Source: a virus
Lineage: Duplodnaviria; Caudoviricetes
IMG/VR virus record: IMGVR_UViG_3300043384_000003
Coordinates: 1-47,334 of that record
DNA: 47,334 nucleotides
Direction: 5' to 3' (one strand)
Both the position numbers and the translations under genes were made by a program. Positions within the stretch are counted from its first letter, which is position 1. Each line of letters begins with the position of its first letter. The notes below the pieces were generated by a model. That model did no database searches and had not been told where the DNA came from. It saw only the letters and a program-made list of their open reading frames with translations. Shown in pieces: positions 36,521 to 42,030 of the stretch.

Positions 36521-37041
36521 AGCGCACCGGTCCGACGCCGGTCCAGTTCGTGCTGGAGGTACCACAGCGCCTTCTCCAGATCCGCGATGGTCTGGCCCTT
36601 CGGGCGCGCCAGGTACTTGACGACGCAACCCAGGTTGAAGTTCAGCCCCCACGCGTCGATGACCACGATGGGCTCCAGCGTCATGGCGGCGTAGTGCTCG
36701 CTGTGCGGCGCTCGCTCGGTCACGCTGATCGGCTCGCCCAGGGCAGCCACGGCTTCCCGGAACGCCTCCACGTTCTCCACGCCGCGAATGGTGCTCGGCG
36801 TCGGTTCGTCGTGCGAGGGAAGGTCAAACAGGTGGCCGTGCTTGTCCTGGTGGTTGCCCCGCGTGTGGGAGAGCAGCACGCAGCCGAGCACGACGCAGAT
36901 AGCCTGGACGCCTTCGCGGCCATCGGGAATCCACTGGTTGCCCTGCCCGTTGCGGTGCAACGGGTGCGGACCGTTGAGCACGCACCGCGCGTTGGCGCAG
37001 GCAACACGGAGCCGCTCAGCGGTCTCATCCTGGTAGTTCAC
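36517..37041 (-). CDS. DUF3310 (T7 gp1.7-like nucleotide kinase family) protein with a Cys/His N-terminus
   Basis: 'HY….EPI..I….LNFNLG.VVKYL.R…DLEKALWYL'. Confidence 0.8.
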   Translation of the reverse strand: MNYQDETAERLRVACANARCVLNGPHPLHRNGQGNQWIPDGREGVQAICVVLGCVLLSHTRGNHQDKHGHLFDLPSHDEPTPSTIRGVENVEAFREAVAALGEPISVTERAPHSEHYAAMTLEPIVVIDAWGLNFNLGCVVKYLARPKGQTIADLEKALWYLQHELDRRRTGAL

Positions 37042-38822
37042 AGGTCCTCCTTCATGCCCCAGCGGTCGCCAGTGCTCACGGATGCGCCGATGGGAACTCG
37101 GTATGTCGTTTCGTCATTCATCGTTTCGCGAAGGATGGCGGCAACGCTCTCCACTTCGTCCTTCGGTACGTCCAACACGATCTCATCATGGACTGGCACG
37201 ATCATATATTCGCCCTTCAACATGACGTCAAGCTGAAGGAGTGACCGTTTGAACATGGTGGCGGCCATGCCCTGAATCAGATAGTTGACCAGGGCGTAAA
37301 CCTTGCCTTCGTCCGCTGGGTGGCGGCGTCCGTCCAGGGGAGCGACCGCGTAAGCGACGCCGGTAGCCTCGCGGGCGGTCCAGGCGAAGCTCTCCACCTC
37401 CTTCTGGAACTTGCGCACGCCCGGGTACAGCTGGTCCCAGCGGGCCTTTACCGCGCGGACCTGCTCCACGGACACTCCGGCCATGCGTGCCTGCTTCTCC
37501 GCGCCAGCACCGTAAATCTGGGCATAGCCCACGTTCTTGGTCACGCCACGGCGAGGGTCCGCCTTGACGATCGTCGGATCGGCGTAGATCTCGCGGGCGA
37601 GCGTGACGAAGAAGTCATCCGGCTGGTTGAACGCGTCGATGAGGTTCGCGTCCTTGGAGAGATGTGCCAGGACGCGCATCTCAATCTGATCGAAGTCGCA
37701 CATCAGCAGCGTGCCGTCTTCACCATGACGTGACGTCACACAGTTGCGGACGGACTCCGCGAACGGGTTGCGGTCCGACTTCTTCGGGAGGTTCTGGAGG
37801 CTCGGCGCGCTGATGCTCATCCGGCCGGTACGCGCGCCCAGTGAGTTGATGCTGGGATGGATCAGATCGTCTGAGTCCCGGTTGTCGACGAACTTCCGCA
37901 GGTACGTGGAGGCCATCTTGTTTACCTGCCGGTGGCGTCGCACGGCGTTCGCTAGGGGGTGGTCGATGCCCTCCAGAACGTCTTTGTCCAGCGCGAAGAT
38001 GCCGGAGGCGGTCACCTTGTCGAATTGGAAGCCTTCGGCCTGGAGTACGGCCACGATCTTCTGGTTGGACCCGATGGAGACGCCCCACTGACTGAGTGAC
38101 CAGTCAGCCAACCGTGCTTCGTACTCCCGGAACCGGCCCAGCTGTCCGACTGCGTAAGGAGCATCGACATGCAGGCCACGGCGCTCCATGTCGTACAGCA
38201 CGAACTGGACCGCGTTCTCCAGGTCGTACGCCTCGCGGTACGTCTGGATCTTCGGCCAGTGCCGCTGGAACAGGTGCGCGGTCAGCACAGTGTCCAGGGC
38301 GGCATACGTCCAGTACTCCGGGCAGTCAAACGGGATCGTCGCCCAGGTCCAGGCGCCGTGCCCGGTGATGAACTTCTCCAGCTCCACCTGGGCTCCGGCA
38401 GCGGCGAAGTCGACGTGGCGGGACGCGGTGGCCTTCAGCGCGGTGGAGTAGTTGGGCTCCAGGATGTGACACATGACTCGCGTGTCATGCGTGTTGCCCC
38501 GGTCCAGCCGGACGCCCATGTGGTCCAGCATCCCATAGTCAAATGTGGAGTTATGCATGACAATGGGATTCTTGTCCCGCTTGTGGAAGCGGTTAACGAT
38601 CACGTCCTCAAAGAGCCCGGACCAGCGGTCCCAACGCATCGCCCAACCGGCGTCCATGCCACCGACCTGGACCATACGCACGAAGTCCTGACGCTGGATG
38701 AGACCGGTGGTCTCCGTGTCGACCACAACCCACTCACGGCCCTCAAGCCACTGAGTGAACTCCCACGCCTCGTCAAAGCTGTCAATGAGGTGGAGAGCCG
38801 GATTGCCAATGCCCTGTGACAT
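37038..38822 (-). CDS. polA: DNA polymerase family A with a 3'-5' exonuclease domain
   Basis: 'DTETTG', 'YAALD', 'TGRMS…LQN', 'DFDQIEMR', 'KNVGYAQIYG', 'NYLIQG', 'VHDE'. Confidence 0.95.
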   Translation of the reverse strand: MSQGIGNPALHLIDSFDEAWEFTQWLEGREWVVVDTETTGLIQRQDFVRMVQVGGMDAGWAMRWDRWSGLFEDVIVNRFHKRDKNPIVMHNSTFDYGMLDHMGVRLDRGNTHDTRVMCHILEPNYSTALKATASRHVDFAAAGAQVELEKFITGHGAWTWATIPFDCPEYWTYAALDTVLTAHLFQRHWPKIQTYREAYDLENAVQFVLYDMERRGLHVDAPYAVGQLGRFREYEARLADWSLSQWGVSIGSNQKIVAVLQAEGFQFDKVTASGIFALDKDVLEGIDHPLANAVRRHRQVNKMASTYLRKFVDNRDSDDLIHPSINSLGARTGRMSISAPSLQNLPKKSDRNPFAESVRNCVTSRHGEDGTLLMCDFDQIEMRVLAHLSKDANLIDAFNQPDDFFVTLAREIYADPTIVKADPRRGVTKNVGYAQIYGAGAEKQARMAGVSVEQVRAVKARWDQLYPGVRKFQKEVESFAWTAREATGVAYAVAPLDGRRHPADEGKVYALVNYLIQGMAATMFKRSLLQLDVMLKGEYMIVPVHDEIVLDVPKDEVESVAAILRETMNDETTYRVPIGASVSTGDRWGMKEDL

Positions 38823-38826
38823 GACG

Positions 38827-39123
38827 TTAGACCGCTTCCTTGATGCGCTCGCGGCCGGAGATCTGGAGATGCCAGCCGTGATAGCTCACGGCGTAGTGGA
38901 TCGTCAGGACCGGCAGAACAGGGTGCGCCACGGCCTGGACGGGTTCGGCCTGGAAGAAGTTCGCCCAGGTTGACGCCGCGCCGATGTCGTGGAAGTCCAG
39001 GGCGATGATGTCGCTGTCCGGCCCGTTCTGCTTCAGAACCGGAGGGTAGGGATAGCCGCGCGCTCGATGCAGGTCCATCACGGTCTGCGCGAACTCCACG
39101 TAAGCCTGGGTCTTGCTGGTCAT
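38827..39123 (-). CDS. Hypothetical protein (98 aa)
   Basis: RBS ggag; in-operon position. Confidence 0.7.
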   Translation of the reverse strand: MTSKTQAYVEFAQTVMDLHRARGYPYPPVLKQNGPDSDIIALDFHDIGAASTWANFFQAEPVQAVAHPVLPVLTIHYAVSYHGWHLQISGRERIKEAV

Positions 39124-39156
39124 CTCGTCTCCGATCGTCTCGTCTGTGCCGCTAGT

Positions 39157-39429
39157 CTATGCCGCCACTTTTGACGTGACGTCACAGAGCTTTTGTTGCT
39201 CGCGCAAGTTCCTCTTGGTCAGCCAGGAGACTCCGCGCAGGGTGATCTCAATCTCGCCTTTATGGCCGAGCGTGAGCATGGAGTATCGCTCCAGCAGGTA
39301 CACGGCGTCGCTGACATGCCGTGCGAATGCCAGGCCACGAACGCGATAGTCCCAGTCTGGTGCCAGGTAAACCTCTCCGCGCTCCACGGCGGTCAAGACC
39401 TGCCGGTGGCGCTCGCGAAGTTCGCCCAT
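39157..39429 (-). CDS. Hypothetical protein (90 aa), possibly winged-helix
   Basis: RBS agggggt; 'ITLRG..WL' wing-like end. Confidence 0.6.
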   Translation of the reverse strand: MGELRERHRQVLTAVERGEVYLAPDWDYRVRGLAFARHVSDAVYLLERYSMLTLGHKGEIEITLRGVSWLTKRNLREQQKLCDVTSKVAA

Positions 39430-39445
39430 CGATACCCCTAACTTT

Positions 39446-39703
39446 CTAAGCTGCGGTCAGACCCAGGGCGTACCGGTTGGCCTGTCCGCGACGGTGGCAA
39501 CGCGGAACGTGCGTCGTCTCAAAGCGCGCGGCCATCGTGATGGCGAACGCCCGGAAACGGACCGGCGTCGCGCCCACGACGTAGCGGTGCGCCCCCTGGG
39601 TCCGGTACCGCAGAGCGGTCAGGATCACGGAGGCGCGCTCGCCCTTCGGAGCCTCCAGGGCTCGCGTCACGAGCTTGAGCGCACGAATAAAGATCTTCAA
39701 CAC
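39446..39703 (-). CDS. Hypothetical basic protein
   Basis: RBS gaaggag before the GTG at 39703. Confidence 0.5.
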   Translation of the reverse strand: MLKIFIRALKLVTRALEAPKGERASVILTALRYRTQGAHRYVVGATPVRFRAFAITMAARFETTHVPRCHRRGQANRYALGLTAA

Positions 39704-39794
39704 TGGTGCTCCTTCGCTAGACGGATCTGCCCTACGGGCTGAACTGCTATCGGGCAGCACTTGCCCGAAGACGGTAACACAACGGCTTGACGCA

Positions 39795-39824
39795 GTGTCA
39801 AACCTCGCTCCGGTATGCTATCAT
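39795..39824 (+). promoter_or_regulatory. Rightward promoter for a small gene
   Basis: GTGTCA-18 nt-TATCAT with an extended TG. Confidence 0.5.
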
Positions 39825-39852
39825 TGACGTAATGACGAAAGGAGGTAACGAC

Positions 39853-40005
39853 ATGGCAAGGCATCGAGACAACCCGGACGCACCGCACACGGTGACCGGA
39901 TCGAACGGCGTTCCGGTGGTCTTCCCGGACCGCAAGACGGCGGAGAAGGTGGCCGCACAGGTCCAGGACGCTCGGATTGACCCAGCGGTCAAGCCGGCCA
40001 AGTAA
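39853..40005 (+). CDS. Small hypothetical protein (50 aa), stand-alone transcription unit
   Basis: Strong RBS aaaggaggt, own promoter and terminator. Confidence 0.75.
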   Translation: MARHRDNPDAPHTVTGSNGVPVVFPDRKTAEKVAAQVQDARIDPAVKPAK

Positions 40006-40043
40006 CGAAGAAGGGCCGATCCTGACGGATCGGCCCTTCTTCG
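40006..40043. terminator. Bidirectional terminator ending the small gene and the ncRNA unit
   Basis: cgaagaagggccgatcc-tgac-ggatcggcccttcttcg perfect inverted repeat. Confidence 0.85.
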
Positions 40044-40148
40044 CGTGAAGGCGGGCGTTTGCACCGCTTACCACGTCCACCCTCCCGGTGGACGACCTCC
40101 ACGACGCTGCGGGGAGCTACCCCGCCGCGCTCGCATGACCGCGCTAGC

Positions 40149-40323
40149 TTCGGCCTACTTGCAGACATTTGCCCCGGTCTGCCATCGGAGTTCTCTGGTA
40201 AGCGTTCGCGCTTCTACCCGGCTGGATTACTCCCGGTCCACCAACGCCGTAGGACGTCTCCCACATGACAATCCACAGGGTTATCCCCATCCTGTGGAGG
40301 AAGGCTCCCGCAAGTAGACCGAA
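40149..40323 (-). ncRNA. Putative multibranch structured RNA of unknown family
   Basis: 14-bp closing stem UUCGGUCUACUUGC/GCAAGUAGGCCGAA (with a G-U pair on the minus strand) enclosing at least three hairpins. Confidence 0.5.
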
Positions 40324-40346
40324 CGTCCGCCCCGCGCTTACTCCCG

Positions 40347-40419
40347 CTCGCAGTGGAGGAATCGAACCCCCGACTTCACGCCGGTCAGGCGTGTCCTCTA
40401 TCCGCTGAGGTACCTGCGA
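40347..40419 (-). tRNA. tRNA-Val(GAC)-like, atypical
   Basis: UCGCAGG-UA-CCUC AGCGGAUA GAGG-A-CACGC CUGACCG GCGUG-AAGUC-GGGGG UUCGAUU CCUCC-ACUGCGA-G. C37/G38, G7·A66 mismatch, no CCA. Confidence 0.65.
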
Positions 40420-40522
40420 TCAACGGCGTATCCAGGCTCCCCTGGGCGCCGAAGCGTGTACTTGCACCACCGTGCTAACGAAGCGTTATGGCGTGTACCC
40501 GGTCAGGTTGTAATCCTGTTCG

Positions 40523-40613
40523 CTCGCACAGCCGGAATCGAACCGACCCGCCCCGCCCCTTTCCGCGCTTCGCTGGCGCGTACTCAGTGCCGGTAGCCCC
40601 TTGCTGTGTGCGA
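40523..40613 (-). ncRNA. tRNA-like RNA (acceptor and T arm intact, D and anticodon regions abnormal)
   Basis: 7-bp acceptor UCGCACA/UGUGCGA; T arm GUCGG UUCGAUU CCGGC; displaced CGCGC-CAGCGAA-GCGCG hairpin. Confidence 0.65.
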
Positions 40614-40622
40614 TCATGCCCA

Positions 40623-40671
40623 GCTCCACGGATGCGAACCCGTTTCACTGTATTTGAGCCTTTGGTGGAGC
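40623..40671 (-). ncRNA. Minimal tRNA-like element (acceptor plus T-like arm)
   Basis: GCUCCA/UGGAGC stem stacked on CGGG UUCGCA UCCG. Confidence 0.35.
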
Positions 40672-40858
40672 GAACCAGGCTCATCCGGCATTCTTGCCTG
40701 GTCCGCCCCGCGCCACCCGTCGTGTACTGCGCGCAGGGTGGCCTCACGCGTCAGTGCCCAGTGATTCGGAGAACCTTGGCCTTACGGCGCAGGGGACTGG
40801 GCAACTCCCTTGCTATGACCGACGTCAGAACGTGAGACCGTGATGACGCCACCATTGC

Positions 40859-40978
40859 GTGTGCCGGTGGGACTCGAACCCACGATGAGCTGACGGAAAA
40901 CCACTCCGCGCTCTACTCTGCCCCATCGGAGTGGTTCCCGAATCCGCAAAGTGCCTATAACCCCTTGGCCACAACACG
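40859..40978 (-). ncRNA. tRNA-like RNA with a long stem replacing the anticodon arm
   Basis: Acceptor GUGUUG/CGGCAC; D arm GCC AAGGGGUUAUA GGC; ~14-bp stem CGGGAACCACUCCG/CGGAGUGGUUUUCCG; T arm GUGGG UUCGAGU CCCAC. Confidence 0.7.
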
Positions 40979-41266
40979 CCGCGACCGGATGAACGGCGGT
41001 CGCCCCCTGAAGACCCGTGTCACCGGTATGCCCGGCAGACATCCAGCGACCGTGCACGGCCCTGGAGCGTTGGGGCTCCCGTACGTATCTGTCTTGCACT
41101 GTCACCAGGTCGCGAACCTCGCCGGACGTTTCGCCGGAGTGACAGTGATCCTCTTTCCAACATCGCAGCGCGGGAAGCGGTCCGATGTCGCGAGGCTTGG
41201 ATTAGCCTGCCACCATGTCCGGTCTGTGGCCCACGCTCAGATATCACGTCACTGAGAAACGTCCCG

Positions 41267-41351
41267 TGGAGACAGGCGGACTTGAACCGCCAACCACGAT
41301 CGACTGAAGGGCGCCCTAGTCGTCGCTGCTCTGCCATTGAGCTACGTCTCC
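41267..41351 (-). ncRNA. tRNA-like RNA with an extended, anticodon-less arm
   Basis: Acceptor GGAGACG/UGUCUCC-A; D arm GCUC AAUGGCA GAGC; arm GCGA-CGACU…AGUCG-A-UCGU; T arm GGCGG UUCAAGU CCGCC. Confidence 0.75.
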
Positions 41352-41354
41352 ATC

Positions 41355-41429
41355 GTGCGAAGCAGAAATCAGAGCGGGCACGGACCTGATCCGAATGAAG
41401 TAACCGAACCCTGCGCACCTGCTTCGCAC
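41355..41429 (-). ncRNA. Y-RNA (Yrl)-like stem lacking the internal tRNA-like domain
   Basis: 11-bp terminal stem GUGCGAAGCAG/CUGCUUCGCAC; GGUGCGCAG…GGUUACUUC…CUGAUUUC pattern, recalled from RNAs beside bacterial Ro60/TROVE genes. Confidence 0.55.
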
Positions 41430-41435
41430 TTGCGA

Positions 41436-41470
41436 GACGCAACGTTAGCGCAACGTTGCGTCATGCGCAA
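41436..41470 (-). promoter_or_regulatory. Promoter of the ncRNA unit, overlapped by a palindrome
   Basis: TTGCGC-17 nt-TAACGT; gacgcaacgtt-5 nt-aacgttgcgtc inverted repeat at 41436-41462. Confidence 0.6.
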
Positions 41471-41473
41471 GTC

Positions 41474-41893
41474 CTAAACTACCGCCCGGTTCACGTACGC
41501 GTCCGCGATCCCTCCGTCCACGTCGGCGGCCTGCGCCAGGGCGAGCGCAGCCGACTTGGACAGGAAGGGCTCACGGCCCGGCTTGCGGACGGTCAGCACT
41601 TCCAGGACCTCAAACGGAGAGGTCAGACGCCGGATGCGGTGGATGATCGTCTCACCCGGGATCACGGTCATGCCCAGGGTGACCAGGACATAGTGATCTC
41701 CGTCGCGGAACAACCGGACTTCGGTGTACCGGCAGGTGGAGCACCGGTCGCCCTTGCGCACGAAGGGCGTAGCGTGGTTGTGCTCCAGGCGCGATGAGTT
41801 GGCCAGACCCAGCAAGGTGCCGGGTACTTCCACGTCGCCATCCGCTGTGGGGATGATGTTGGGACCGCGCTCCACGGTCCGCGTGTTGTCCAT
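41474..41893 (-). CDS. Hypothetical protein (139 aa) with HxH…CxxC
   Basis: RBS gaggag; 'EHNH', 'CSTCR', 'TVIPGE'. Confidence 0.75.
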   Translation of the reverse strand: MDNTRTVERGPNIIPTADGDVEVPGTLLGLANSSRLEHNHATPFVRKGDRCSTCRYTEVRLFRDGDHYVLVTLGMTVIPGETIIHRIRRLTSPFEVLEVLTVRKPGREPFLSKSAALALAQAADVDGGIADAYVNRAVV

Positions 41894-42030
41894 CGTTCTG
41901 ATCTCCTCTCGTCTCCAGCCGGTCTTTGACGTCGCGAAAGACGGCCAGGGCTATCATCGTAGCCTATGCCGTTCAGCACGCTGGATCGGCGCTTTGACGA
42001 CACGATGAAAAGAGGCTTGGTGATGCTCCA

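Noticed and set aside
41006-41140. Hammerhead ribozyme (CTGAAGA on plus, CGAAAC on minus)
   Set aside because: Core elements are on opposite strands and stems I-III cannot be assembled
40859-41351. tmRNA or intron-containing tRNA
   Set aside because: No GGGG…CCACCA Ala-type acceptor and no tag ORF; the inserts are far too short for group I introns
40045-41442. Short ORFs of 69-140 aa across the ncRNA region
   Set aside because: Overlapping on both strands, Arg-rich, without GC3 bias or RBS; the RNA structures explain the sequence better
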